IMG/VR virus record: IMGVR_UViG_3300010049_000011
Span: 32,001 to 96,000 of that record
Length of the DNA: 64,000 bases
Source of the DNA: a virus
Lineage: Duplodnaviria > Caudoviricetes
Reading direction: 5' to 3' (one strand)
Under the pieces are notes generated by a model. The model ran no database searches, had not been told where the DNA came from, and saw nothing but the letters and a program-made list of their open reading frames with translations. A program made the position numbers and the translations under genes. Of the stretch, positions 36,513 to 46,884 are shown piece by piece (the first letter of the stretch is position 1; the number at the start of each line of letters is the position of its first letter).

Positions 36513-37806
36513 CGCATCTGCAGTATTGATCGGAAAGGACTCTAAGATCCAGTTAGATTTTGGAGGACATTCTCCCGTTCGAAGGGCTCAGAAGAACGCG
36601 GACAAACCCGAGAACAAGCAACAAGAATCTCTAGATAAGATCGCTAGTATTCTCTCTCAGAAGCAGGAAGAAAGTTCTGACTCCTCTAACACAATAAAAG
36701 CTGACAATCTTAAAAAAGAAAGTGAACCTGAAAATTTCTGGGGAAATCTAGGAAATGGTTTTATAAAGTTCTTCACGGAGATGAAAGCTCCAATCGTCGA
36801 TACCGTCAGGGCCTGGGGAGGAGCTGTCAAGAATATCGCTAAGACCATAACTGCTCCATTCGCTGCTGTGTGGAGCGCTGGGTCTGCGATAGCTGGGTGG
36901 TTTAAGGGGGACGATAAGAAGAAAGGAGGGAAAGGAGAAGACTCCGCAGAAGATGCCGAGAAAGCTAAGGAGGAGGAACAACAAGGAAAACTAACGGGGG
37001 CCGTGTTAGATATCCGGGACCACCTCTTCGGTATGGATAGAGGAGAAGGGAAGCCAGAAGAAGAGAAGAAAACCGTCTGGGATTATATTAAGAGGGCTGG
37101 TGCGATACTGGCGGGAGCTATAGGAGCCGTCTTAGGTCCTCTGAAGTGGCTTGCTGCTGCGCTGGGAGGAGGTCTGAAGTTAGCGCTTAAGAGTCTGGCA
37201 GCGGCCTTGACTCCTCTAGGATTGAAGATTGCCGCTGTAGCTGCTGTTGGGTATGGGTTGTACAAGATTTACGAATTCTTTAAAGAGCACGGCTTTGTTG
37301 AGGGTATGAAGATCGCGTTAGGGAAGGTCGGAGACGCCTTTACCGCTGTTGGTAAATTCTTCGGGGGAGTTATTGATAGGATCCAGTTGTGGCTCCCTAG
37401 CTGGATGGGGGGTATCTCGCAGGAAGAATACGACTCTAGAGCAGAAGCTCGGGAATTAGGAGTCCGCAGAGAAGAATTCGACGCGGAGAACACGCAACGT
37501 AGATCTCACGGTTTACGAGAATTTACGATGGCCGAGTTCGCATCCCTTAAGAAGGGTGCTTCGACAGTACAACAGCACAACATGACTTCTCTTTTAGACG
37601 GAGGAACAGCCTACAGCTCGAGCCAAGAAGAATTACAGACCTCGCAGATGCCTACAGAGTCTAGCATTCAAACCCAGGCTACTAGAGAGGCACTCCTAAT
37701 GGGAGTTAAAGCTCACGGAGGCAACGTACAGAACATAAACGTGGCTGTCAAGAATTCCAACGTTTCCACAAACCCTCGTCCACTAGACGGGACAGGAGGT
37801 AGGTAA
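36505..37806 (+). CDS. Tape measure / baseplate hub protein (T4 gp29-like)
   Basis: Ala/Gly-rich amphipathic helices, hydrophobic segment, NN-rich C-terminus; follows the chaperone. Confidence 0.6.
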   Translation: MASASAVLIGKDSKIQLDFGGHSPVRRAQKNADKPENKQQESLDKIASILSQKQEESSDSSNTIKADNLKKESEPENFWGNLGNGFIKFFTEMKAPIVDTVRAWGGAVKNIAKTITAPFAAVWSAGSAIAGWFKGDDKKKGGKGEDSAEDAEKAKEEEQQGKLTGAVLDIRDHLFGMDRGEGKPEEEKKTVWDYIKRAGAILAGAIGAVLGPLKWLAAALGGGLKLALKSLAAALTPLGLKIAAVAAVGYGLYKIYEFFKEHGFVEGMKIALGKVGDAFTAVGKFFGGVIDRIQLWLPSWMGGISQEEYDSRAEARELGVRREEFDAENTQRRSHGLREFTMAEFASLKKGASTVQQHNMTSLLDGGTAYSSSQEELQTSQMPTESSIQTQATREALLMGVKAHGGNVQNINVAVKNSNVSTNPRPLDGTGGR

Positions 37807-38774
37807 TGGTTGTAAGTCTAGCTAATCTCGGGTTAGGGAGCGGTTTTGCGGGAGAAGATAAGAAGGTAGCTGCATCGAAAGTTCCTACGGGTTCGTCTTC
37901 TTTTACGTTTACTTTAACAGCCGAAGCGAGCGCCGCTCAGAAGCTCCCCAAGCTAGACTTTGTTGGAGTACTTCCGAGAGAAGGTATTGAGCTTAAGGCA
38001 GAATCCATCTATGAAGATTTAGATGTAATGGATCAACTCGGAGCAGGAGCCTTGTCTGGTGGGGGTTCTGGAGCTCTGTTTGGAGGGATAAACCAACTAC
38101 TCGGAACCGCTAACGTAGCTAAGAACAAATATTACAATCTCCAAGTCTGGCAGAAATCGACCCCCTTCGAGTTTAATTTCAAAGTGTATCTAACAGCGGA
38201 TAACGAAACCCAAGCTCGCACCATGCAAAGCCAAGCTAGAGGTCTTATGAAGCTAGCTCTACCAAAAGAGAGTGAAACCTTAGGAGCATTAATAGCACCT
38301 GGTCCGTCTCCGATAGGATCAAGTATGTCTAAAGAGATCCAAAGCACGATAAATTCGGGACGTGAGTCTGCTTCTTCCTTTCTGGAAATCAAACCTAAAA
38401 CCCGAAGCCCTTGGTCCTTGCCCGCAGAAGGAGGTAGGAACGTAACTATCCAGGTTGGAAACATACTAACTCTATACGACGTTATAGTCAAGAGTGTTGC
38501 CGTTAAGTTTTATAATAATTTCGCTAGATCATCTTCGGGAGACTCTCGTTTCTCTATGCCTGTTGTTGGCGAGGTATCTATATCTGTTAAGTGTCTATAT
38601 CAAGCAACTCAAGACCAGTTGGATAAGATGTATAACGTAAAACCTGACCAACCAAATACAGATAGGACTCCGCAAGTTGGAGGTAATAAGCTGTTAGGTG
38701 CTCTTAAAACTGCAGTGAAGAGTGTGACTGGGGTAGATCTCAACCAACCAGAAGATCTATATACGGAGAAGTGA
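37806..38774 (+). CDS. Baseplate-tail tube cap (T4 gp48-like)
   Basis: VWQKSTPFEFNF; L.KL.LP; IQVGN..L..VI..SV.V.F. Confidence 0.55.
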   Translation: MVVSLANLGLGSGFAGEDKKVAASKVPTGSSSFTFTLTAEASAAQKLPKLDFVGVLPREGIELKAESIYEDLDVMDQLGAGALSGGGSGALFGGINQLLGTANVAKNKYYNLQVWQKSTPFEFNFKVYLTADNETQARTMQSQARGLMKLALPKESETLGALIAPGPSPIGSSMSKEIQSTINSGRESASSFLEIKPKTRSPWSLPAEGGRNVTIQVGNILTLYDVIVKSVAVKFYNNFARSSSGDSRFSMPVVGEVSISVKCLYQATQDQLDKMYNVKPDQPNTDRTPQVGGNKLLGALKTAVKSVTGVDLNQPEDLYTEK

Positions 38775-38775
38775 T

Positions 38776-39153
38776 ATGGATGAAAACGCACGTCTGTCTC
38801 TAGATGATTACCTTTCCTCTTATAGGAACCCGGAGACTGGAAAATACGAGATAGCATTCGCTACGGGAGTTTTTTCAGTCTTGAGAGACTACCTACTGTC
38901 CTCTACTCTAGAGGAAGTAGTGGTGTCTAATCTAGAGGAAAATACCCCAGATTTGATATCTTTCAAGTACTACGGGACTATGTCTTACTGGTGGTTCGTC
39001 TGTTTGGTGAACGGAATAAACGACCCTTTTACAGAGCTAGTTCCGGGCACAAGGTTATTAATGCCTCTAGCTTCTGATATCTCTCAGTTCGCCGAAACTT
39101 TAAACATATCCCCCAACTCTGGTTTTAACTCCGGAACAATAATATCTCTCTAG
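38776..39153 (+). CDS. LysM-like baseplate wedge protein (T4 gp53-like)
   Basis: PDLISFKYYG...YWW.V..VNGI.DP..EL.PG..L..P. Confidence 0.8.
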   Translation: MDENARLSLDDYLSSYRNPETGKYEIAFATGVFSVLRDYLLSSTLEEVVVSNLEENTPDLISFKYYGTMSYWWFVCLVNGINDPFTELVPGTRLLMPLASDISQFAETLNISPNSGFNSGTIISL

Positions 39154-39162
39154 GACCCCTAA

Positions 39163-40287
39163 ATGTTTATCTCTCAGAAGATGTATGGTTTAAAGATCTT
39201 CCTAGCGGGAGATGAGTACACCGAGGATTCGGGGCAGCTTTCTTACATAACTATAACCGAAGATGTAACCAACCCCATACCTAAACTAGATATAGTTTTA
39301 GTTATGAAGGCCTCTTACGTCGAATCAAACCCAATCAGGGATGGGATGTCGATAGTTATTGAAGAGAACTCGACTGAATCCCGTTGGGAATTTAGAGCTT
39401 CGTCAGAAACCTCAGATGTAGATAGAGCAACAGGGTTGGTTACAACGAGGATCTTAGGTTGGTTAGACGTTCCTGGTATCTGGGTTGTGAACTCCTCCTA
39501 CAGCGGGGTATACACATCGAGCTCTGTGTTTCAGACCGTAGCACAGGGTTTAGGTCTGTCTTATGTCGGGTCCTCTACGAACGATCGACAAGCCTGGTGT
39601 TCGGGGAACCAGCGGGTGTTGGACTACTTGAATTTTGTAGCGGACCACGCTTATTCCGACGATCTATCTGTGTTTATATGGTACATAGACAAACGTAAGA
39701 ACATAACGTTGAATAATTTAACCAGGACAATGCAAAACAGTTCAAACACTAGCTTTGAACCAGGAATATTCACTTCTCCAAGAAAGTCTGGTTTAGTCCA
39801 CTATATAAGCTATAAAGTCAACTCTGACTTTGGAGTTGATAACGTATACCAAGGTTACGGAACGGACTTCCTGATATTTGACGCTCTGGAGAACAAAAAT
39901 TCTCCTATACACCCAGAAAACTATGTTAAGTTCTCGGCATCCCTAAATATAAATAAGAACTTCGCTAGTACCGTGAACGTGGAGAATTACGAACTGAATG
40001 CTGGAAACGACCACCCTAAGATGTATTTTGCGGAGAACCATAACCAGAGAGGACGCGCCTTATGGAACCGGAGAATAACTCTGCAGAGTTCTTTTTTACA
40101 GCCGGAGATAACTTTAGGGAGTAAAGCCGAACTCCGAGCTGATTTGGTTGAAGGTGTTAGATCGGATAGGTTTTCAGGGCCTCACCTAATCACTCTTATA
40201 AAGACCACGTTTAGGGTGGATGAGTGCGAGGTTATATACGAGTTAACCTCTCAGGGGTTCTTCTCTAACACTAAGGACATGTTGTAA
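39163..40287 (+). CDS. Baseplate hub protein (T4 gp27-like)
   Basis: Position between gp53 and the spike; C-terminal SG..LIT.I pattern. Confidence 0.6.
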   Translation: MFISQKMYGLKIFLAGDEYTEDSGQLSYITITEDVTNPIPKLDIVLVMKASYVESNPIRDGMSIVIEENSTESRWEFRASSETSDVDRATGLVTTRILGWLDVPGIWVVNSSYSGVYTSSSVFQTVAQGLGLSYVGSSTNDRQAWCSGNQRVLDYLNFVADHAYSDDLSVFIWYIDKRKNITLNNLTRTMQNSSNTSFEPGIFTSPRKSGLVHYISYKVNSDFGVDNVYQGYGTDFLIFDALENKNSPIHPENYVKFSASLNINKNFASTVNVENYELNAGNDHPKMYFAENHNQRGRALWNRRITLQSSFLQPEITLGSKAELRADLVEGVRSDRFSGPHLITLIKTTFRVDECEVIYELTSQGFFSNTKDML

Positions 40288-40697
40288 TGCTCTATAACGA
40301 AGACAGAAAGATTAATCCTTTCCTAGACGGCTATATGTCTGCCGCAGTACTAGATAATATAGACCCTGTGAACAAGCAGAGATGTAGGATCAGAGTAGAC
40401 GGGTTGCATGATGGTCTACAAGACAAAGAGTGTCCCTGGGCATTACGGCTTAAATCCCCATTCTTCGGATCAGGGGACGGGTCGGGAGTTAGGTCCTCAA
40501 TAAACATTGGGTCGAGAGTTATTGTTGTGTTCATGAATAACGACCCTATGAATCCTCTAATGGTCGGGGAACTAGATGATGGGTCGAGCACAATACCGGA
40601 CGGATCCTATGGGTTCGTTGGGCAGAACGGGGAGTCTGTCCAATGCGACACTGAAGGGAATCTAAGAATTAAAGCAACGAAAATCTACTTAAACTAG
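40287..40697 (+). CDS. Short baseplate spike (gp5 OB-fold, no lysozyme)
   Basis: V.DNIDP....R.RIRV.GLH; PWA; IGSRV.V.F..NDP..P..VG. Confidence 0.8.
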   Translation: MLYNEDRKINPFLDGYMSAAVLDNIDPVNKQRCRIRVDGLHDGLQDKECPWALRLKSPFFGSGDGSGVRSSINIGSRVIVVFMNNDPMNPLMVGELDDGSSTIPDGSYGFVGQNGESVQCDTEGNLRIKATKIYLN

Positions 40698-40706
40698 CGC
40701 AAAATG

Positions 40707-40724
40707 TTCTAAATAACGAATTAT
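40707..40724 (+). promoter_or_regulatory. Putative late promoter variant
   Basis: TTCTAAATAACGAATTAT directly before ATG 40726. Confidence 0.5.
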
Positions 40725-40725
40725 T

Positions 40726-41091
40726 ATGGACTCACAAGACGTAAATCTTTTCTTTTTCGACGATCCGCAACCCCTAATAGTTAGCGGTAATATTGCTATA
40801 CAGAGAAGAATTGCTAACGTCGTCGGAAATATAAGGGGGTCGAGGTTCTTCAATAGAGGGTTCGGTTCTGGTGCTTGGGATTTCGTCTTCAGGCCAATAA
40901 CAGAAGAGAATGCGGGGTTTCTCCGACTTACTTTGTACCACGATTTCTTGCGAATGGACTCGGACTTGAATATACTAGTGTCTGATATATACGTAACACC
41001 ACAACCAGAGCAGAAAGCATACTCTGTGTTAGTATTGTACGACCCCGAAGTTGAACCTTACAGCTTTACGCTGTCCGATAGGAGTGCCTAG
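40726..41091 (+). CDS. Baseplate wedge / sheath initiator (T4 gp25-like)
   Basis: AI...I.N....RGSRFFN..FGS....VF.P. Confidence 0.78.
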   Translation: MDSQDVNLFFFDDPQPLIVSGNIAIQRRIANVVGNIRGSRFFNRGFGSGAWDFVFRPITEENAGFLRLTLYHDFLRMDSDLNILVSDIYVTPQPEQKAYSVLVLYDPEVEPYSFTLSDRSA

Positions 41092-43443
41092 ATGCCTACA
41101 CTTGAAAAAGAAAGGATTAGTACAATAAGGGTCGACGACCCATCGACAGACTTCAACGCACTAAGGAATCTGCTTTCCGAAGACCTGTTGAATGTCTCTC
41201 CTAGCTTTTCTTCGATACACCCTTCTGCCACATCCCAATACATCCTAGACCTATTGTCTGGTTACGGCGCGATGCTCTCCTATAGAACAGTCTCGGCAGT
41301 TAATAATAACTTCCTTGAGGACGCTGTAGACCCCCAAGTGATCTATAGATTAGCAGACTTTTTAGGAAATTACCAAACAGGATCCAAAGCTGCCGCATGT
41401 ACTGTTAGACTTGTGAAGAGCTCTCAATCCACTGGTCAGTCCTTCTTTATCCCGCAATTTAGTGAGTTCCAGATTAACGGACAACCATTCTATAACCCCA
41501 ACCCAATTAACTGGGCGTCTTTCCTAAATACGATAAACGTACAACTCAAACAAGGCAGAATCCAGACGACTGACTTCGTTGCTCAAGGTAAAGATTTTGA
41601 GAGATTTTATTTCTCCTCAGGGTTCCAAACAGACATAACCTCCGACGTCTCGATCTTCTCTAACGGAGCAGTAATTCCCTTCGTGGTTGAGTTTGTATCT
41701 TATAGATTAGATGAGATGAGGAATTCTGTCTTCCTCAGAACGTCCGGAGACGGTAGATCTTACATTATGTTCGGTAATGGGTCCTTAGGGCTGTCTTCTT
41801 CTTCTGGGAGCCTAGTTACGGCGAGGTACTTCGAAAATATAGGGGAATCTGGGAATATTCTGCAAGTAGGCGTTCCTGTCCAACTATCCTCGGGAGTTCC
41901 AGGACTTATCCTAGATCCTACTTCCGTTACTATAACTTCTGCCCTGGGAGGTACTAACGTACCTTCTCCAGACGTAGTCAAATGGTCGTCCCCTAAATTA
42001 TTCGCGGCAGCGGATAGGTGTGTAACGAGAAACGATTATCGTGCCAGGATCCTCGAATTAAACAATTCTCTTATTGCTGCCCAGGCCTGGGGGGAATACG
42101 AGATGGCTCAATTATTAGGTTACTCAGACAACACTCTTATGAATAGAGCTTATATATCTGCGATCAAGAACGTACTACGTTACCCGAACCAACCTATGCC
42201 TACACTACCTTCTCCAGGATTCGTCGAAGTTCCGACCACGGACGACTACGTACCGGGAACATTCTCAAACACAGTCAATTGGATGTACGACGACATACCT
42301 CGGTCTCAGACGTATGTAGACGACAGAGGTTATGGTTGGTTAACCAGCCCCTCATATCCTAACGAGGTTAGAGGGTTTGTTAACTTTACTCTCTCGGACA
42401 ACCCCAATAACAACACCAACCCGACCTATCCTGTATCAAACATTCAACCGCAGCAACAGGATCCTGGTAATCCCGTTAATTACGACGCGAGCTGGATCTA
42501 TGCAATTGATAACAGCCAATATTGGCAGACGACAAGGCAACCAGACATCTCGAATTCTGTAATCCTCCAGTTACAAATGCCGGACGAGACAGCAATACTG
42601 GGTTCTATAGTCCTTAGAGCCAACAACCAAATAACTGCGTCTGGTAGGGCATTTCCTAAGACTATGAAGGTTTTCGGTTGGCCTAGCGACTACGCTCTGA
42701 AGCAAGGTGTAACTGATCCTACCACAGTGCTTACGATCGGGAATCAAATTAATAACCCATATTTTGACAACATAACCGACTTACTAAACATTCCAGAACC
42801 CGGAATTAATGGGGCCGTGGAGGTGTCGCTCAACACTCTTCACCAATTTCAAGACCCGACAGCTGTGACTCCGAAAGTTTATTCCCAATACTTTGTTGAG
42901 TTTTACGATTCTTACGGATCCGGATCTATATCTCTCGGGGGAATTAAAGCAGCTCATCTTATGATTGACTTATCAGACGGGGACATAAGCTACCAGAATA
43001 CTTATGGGGGGTTCACTCTAGGAACCAAGCTTTATTCCTATACCGGTTTTTACTTCTTTTACACCAACGGTATGACTCAGACCGAGAAGGACTCTTTAGT
43101 CTATTTATTAAAGCCGAGGAAAAACTTCACTCCCGTAATAAAGTTTATTGACCCAACAATATCTCTGATAGATATAGATCTGTCAGTGAAACTAAACGAG
43201 TACGTAAACAGTAGCGATACATTAAACGAGGTAGAGAGAATAACCACGTCTCTGATAAACCCGAAAGTGGGGGAAGATAGTGGATATGGCACTAGATATG
43301 TAAAGATGTCCGACCTTAACGCAGAACTCCGTGAGATCGATGGAGTAGATAACGTAAGAATCAACTTACCATCCCAAGACGTCTTCCTCCTTTGGAACGA
43401 AGTAGCGTTACTAGGCAATCTAACTATAAGCACGCTTGAATAA
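41092..43443 (+). CDS. Baseplate wedge protein (T4 gp6-like) with an inserted discoidin-like domain
   Basis: DFN.L; ILDLL.Y; FL..A.D...YRLA..LG; I.FGNG.LG; GG; DRCVT.NDY; AWG. Confidence 0.85.
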   Translation: MPTLEKERISTIRVDDPSTDFNALRNLLSEDLLNVSPSFSSIHPSATSQYILDLLSGYGAMLSYRTVSAVNNNFLEDAVDPQVIYRLADFLGNYQTGSKAAACTVRLVKSSQSTGQSFFIPQFSEFQINGQPFYNPNPINWASFLNTINVQLKQGRIQTTDFVAQGKDFERFYFSSGFQTDITSDVSIFSNGAVIPFVVEFVSYRLDEMRNSVFLRTSGDGRSYIMFGNGSLGLSSSSGSLVTARYFENIGESGNILQVGVPVQLSSGVPGLILDPTSVTITSALGGTNVPSPDVVKWSSPKLFAAADRCVTRNDYRARILELNNSLIAAQAWGEYEMAQLLGYSDNTLMNRAYISAIKNVLRYPNQPMPTLPSPGFVEVPTTDDYVPGTFSNTVNWMYDDIPRSQTYVDDRGYGWLTSPSYPNEVRGFVNFTLSDNPNNNTNPTYPVSNIQPQQQDPGNPVNYDASWIYAIDNSQYWQTTRQPDISNSVILQLQMPDETAILGSIVLRANNQITASGRAFPKTMKVFGWPSDYALKQGVTDPTTVLTIGNQINNPYFDNITDLLNIPEPGINGAVEVSLNTLHQFQDPTAVTPKVYSQYFVEFYDSYGSGSISLGGIKAAHLMIDLSDGDISYQNTYGGFTLGTKLYSYTGFYFFYTNGMTQTEKDSLVYLLKPRKNFTPVIKFIDPTISLIDIDLSVKLNEYVNSSDTLNEVERITTSLINPKVGEDSGYGTRYVKMSDLNAELREIDGVDNVRINLPSQDVFLLWNEVALLGNLTISTLE

Positions 43444-45206
43444 TGGTTCCTTTTTATAGATACGTGACTCAGGAATCTCAGGACTCTCAGTTCTTGCTGT
43501 TCCATGAGGGCAGGGCCTTACTTACTAAAGGATTAGTAAGCTTTGCACGTAATACTTTCACTGTAGATTTTATTACAAAAGAAGGAGAATCCGTTTCCGT
43601 ATGTAACGTGAGGAACTACAGCATACAGGATTGGATATATTTGGAATACGTGGTTTCCTCTCCAGACGGGGTTGTGGTAGGGTACGACCTCGGAAGTGTT
43701 TTATTAGACCTACCCAACCCCGCAGAATCTTTAGTATTCTTAGACGGCCTTCTGTTAAACTCTACTCAATACACGATCTCTAGCGATACCTTAACAATCC
43801 CATCCGCTCAGGTAGGGGAAAGTGTTATTATCCTAGGGTCCAAAACTCCCGGGAACATTTCGGTGATATCGAGCTTTAGGAGGGGTGCAGCGCTGTATTT
43901 TGACGCGAGCGGTACGCAGAGTGTTGACGCGAGCGGTACGACTTCTGTGTTCTTCAGCAATTCGAACACCTACTACTTCACTGCCCAAGACTCCCAGACT
44001 ACATTCGGTTTCGTAGATTCCTTAGGAACGAGATATATAACTGCCCCAGTCGGGTTGAACCATAGACTATATTCGAACTTCCATAAGAGACATGTCGGAT
44101 GGTCAGTTGTAGAGTCCAGGAAGTCCGGTCTGAACGGAGAGGCCTTGATAGTAAACGAAGAGGAAGCCTCTGTTGTAAGTCTATTCTCGGATATGTCTTT
44201 ACTGGCCCCTACTTCAGGGGATAAGGTTACAGTTATTCCTAACCCTGTAAGAAACTCGGTAATTCAAAGAGAAACTGGAACTATATCTGAAGTCCTAGTA
44301 GATGGAACGGTTAACGTTTTCCTAGACACATCCCAAGTAGAGGTGAATGTATCCCTTGGGGACATAGAGAGAGCATCTAACGTTCTTTACATAGCTCCTC
44401 CTCCGAGGAAGAACATAGCTTCCTACCTAACCCCAAGAGAGCTTAAGACCAGCTTTATTCCTGACATAATGGAGTCTTTTCAGAGGACAATCTTAGACCC
44501 CATACAATCTACGATAGATTACATAACTAATATTAGAGACACGACCTACCTAAACGAACTAGATTTCCAAAAGTCCCTGAGGTTGCGAGGTTTTGACCTT
44601 CCAGTATCTGCGTACTCCCGAGAAACTGCAATAGCTCTAGACGCCTTATTACCTCAACTGCAGAAGGCCCGAGGATCTGAGAGTTCCTTATTGCTGCTTA
44701 ACTTAATAACCGTGAATGGTCAACTTTCTGAAGAGCTCTGGACCGACGACTATAGAAACTTCTTCACTAGAGGAGACTTAGGTGTCGGGCAAACCCCTAT
44801 AATTCAATATTTTAAGGTTGATTATCTCCCCATAACGTTGTCGGCCATAAACACTGTTGATTATGAATATGTATCTCTCCCTAACCAAGAACTAGTAGAT
44901 TACGATCTAATCACAAGCCCCGATTTTGTGGTTTTAGGTTTGCAAGATGCAGGAGAACCACCAGCACCATACTACCCCACAAATCACGTAGTACTGACTG
45001 TTGCGCAGGGTAAGGAGATCACCGACGCAGACTACCGTATCCTAGAGGAGATGTTCTACAAGCTAGCTCCGATCGAACTACTTCTTTACGGTACTGTTGA
45101 AGAACTCAACCTAGGTTCCAACACCACAAATCTAGTAGGATCCGAAATATTTGTATCAGAAGAATTTATAATGGCATCACCAATCCAATACATCGAAGGA
45201 CTATAG
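43443..45206 (+). CDS. Baseplate wedge protein (gp7-like)
   Basis: Follows gp6; LP......GS...L; ELWT.DY..F; YYPT.HV; FY.LAPI.L. Confidence 0.6.
   Translation: MVPFYRYVTQESQDSQFLLFHEGRALLTKGLVSFARNTFTVDFITKEGESVSVCNVRNYSIQDWIYLEYVVSSPDGVVVGYDLGSVLLDLPNPAESLVFLDGLLLNSTQYTISSDTLTIPSAQVGESVIILGSKTPGNISVISSFRRGAALYFDASGTQSVDASGTTSVFFSNSNTYYFTAQDSQTTFGFVDSLGTRYITAPVGLNHRLYSNFHKRHVGWSVVESRKSGLNGEALIVNEEEASVVSLFSDMSLLAPTSGDKVTVIPNPVRNSVIQRETGTISEVLVDGTVNVFLDTSQVEVNVSLGDIERASNVLYIAPPPRKNIASYLTPRELKTSFIPDIMESFQRTILDPIQSTIDYITNIRDTTYLNELDFQKSLRLRGFDLPVSAYSRETAIALDALLPQLQKARGSESSLLLLNLITVNGQLSEELWTDDYRNFFTRGDLGVGQTPIIQYFKVDYLPITLSAINTVDYEYVSLPNQELVDYDLITSPDFVVLGLQDAGEPPAPYYPTNHVVLTVAQGKEITDADYRILEEMFYKLAPIELLLYGTVEELNLGSNTTNLVGSEIFVSEEFIMASPIQYIEGL
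43900..43940 (+). repeat. 17-bp direct repeat with 24-bp period inside the CDS
   Basis: TTGACGCGAGCGGTACG at 43900 and 43924 (DASGT twice). Confidence 0.85.
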
Positions 45207-45207
45207 A

Positions 45208-46860
45208 ATGGCTAATTCAGTACTCATGACAACCGCAGCAGGTCGTAGGGCAGCGTATGACGCTATTATGGCGGGTATTAAGATCAAAATAGGATCGGTA
45301 GTTTTCGGCGATACTGTAATTTCTGACCCAACCACCATAGACTCCATGACTCAGGTTCCCGGAAACCAGGTTATCGTCCTATCTGGTGCTGATTTCGATT
45401 CTGCTGTATTCGTGTCTGGAAAGTTTATGGGAGACGGATTGCCTGGGTCGGACGGATTCCAGATATCTATTAACTTATCGAACGAATGGCCTACTGCTTC
45501 CCAACAACCTGATCCGTCAATCAGCACAGTAAATATCGGTTCTGTTGGGTTGGTGTTAGATAACAACGTGTTGTTTGCTGTAGGGACGATCTCTCAGATA
45601 GTCAACGGAGCGGAAGTTCCAATAACTAAGACAAGAGTAACTAACGAAGGCGCAGGAGACTCAAAAAAGTTCTTTGGAGTAGTAAATCTAGTTCAAGGAG
45701 GTAATGCGGTCGAGACCAACGTAGTTCAATCCCCTATAACGGCCCTATATAGGGTCTCTAACGACAGACCTCAAGACCCCAACACAAACCCAGGAGGAAT
45801 CCCTCCTACTCTACAGTCTCCTTTAAACTCGTTATTCGTGGAGAATTTCTGCAATACAGGAATGTCGGCTTTCGCAGTTCGAGACGAGACCTCTCCCAGA
45901 AACTGGAGATTCAGTACTATGGAGGGTAGGATCCAACAGATAGATCAATCTCAGTTCCCTCTTTATGCTGCTTCCGTAGGTTTATATATATCTTACGACC
46001 CGTCCACAGGAACCTACCTACCCACTAACGGAACCAACGCAGCTACGAACAACTTCAACCCGATAGGTTTATACGTTGGGGACGGAGGATATAATAACGT
46101 TGGATATGTGGTCGTCTCCGGCCCCGTCCCTAACTACGCCGGATCGAACACTATAAGCCCCGAACCCTACTTAGCGAACACTAGATATACTATAGGAGTT
46201 TCCGGTTCACTGATCCCTGCGACAGGTCAGGACTCGTTTGTTGTTGGGTTATCTGATGTTAACGGAAACTTAAGAATAAATCTAGAGAGACCCACAGCAA
46301 CAACAGTTCAGGTCAATTCATCTATTAGCGACTGCCCTATCCCTTCGAGAATGGCCTCCAGGTTCGCCTTAATAGATTCAGCTAGGACTATCTCCGGAAA
46401 CTGGACATTCACAGGATCTCAGACATTCTCCCAAGTTATTCAGGGAACAGCTCTACGCGCTCAGTGGGGAGACTTAGCTGAGTATTACGAATCGGATGAA
46501 GATTACGCTCCTGGAACCCTAGTTAAGTTTGGAGGATCTAAAGAGATTACGACAGCAGGCATTGACGATGTTGAGGTTAACTTCGTTGTATCCACCAAGC
46601 CTGGACTAGAGTTGAATGCTCCGAAGAAAGAAGAGAACTCCCCTGACGAAAGGATTATGCTTCCATGTGCCTTAGTGGGGAGAGTTCCAGTTCGAGTTTG
46701 TGGATCAGTTAAAAAGTTCGATAAGTTATATCTTAGCCATGAATTCTCAGGGACGGCTACCAACGTAGTGTCGAACACTCACGAGCTTATCGGTGTTGCT
46801 TTAGAGGATTCCGTAGACGGATATGTGCTGGCGTCCGTTAAATTAAATCTTGGAGCGTAA
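45208..46860 (+). CDS. Tail fiber / baseplate protein with C-terminal DLAEYY (intramolecular-chaperone-like) domain
   Basis: N-terminal T.AG..A and IGSVGL...LFAVG fibre-attachment pattern; GDLAEYY...PGTLV.FGG.KEIT...VVS..PG...AL.GRVPV. Confidence 0.72.
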   Translation: MANSVLMTTAAGRRAAYDAIMAGIKIKIGSVVFGDTVISDPTTIDSMTQVPGNQVIVLSGADFDSAVFVSGKFMGDGLPGSDGFQISINLSNEWPTASQQPDPSISTVNIGSVGLVLDNNVLFAVGTISQIVNGAEVPITKTRVTNEGAGDSKKFFGVVNLVQGGNAVETNVVQSPITALYRVSNDRPQDPNTNPGGIPPTLQSPLNSLFVENFCNTGMSAFAVRDETSPRNWRFSTMEGRIQQIDQSQFPLYAASVGLYISYDPSTGTYLPTNGTNAATNNFNPIGLYVGDGGYNNVGYVVVSGPVPNYAGSNTISPEPYLANTRYTIGVSGSLIPATGQDSFVVGLSDVNGNLRINLERPTATTVQVNSSISDCPIPSRMASRFALIDSARTISGNWTFTGSQTFSQVIQGTALRAQWGDLAEYYESDEDYAPGTLVKFGGSKEITTAGIDDVEVNFVVSTKPGLELNAPKKEENSPDERIMLPCALVGRVPVRVCGSVKKFDKLYLSHEFSGTATNVVSNTHELIGVALEDSVDGYVLASVKLNLGA

Positions 46861-46884
46861 GAAAACTCTAAGAATCTAGGTACT

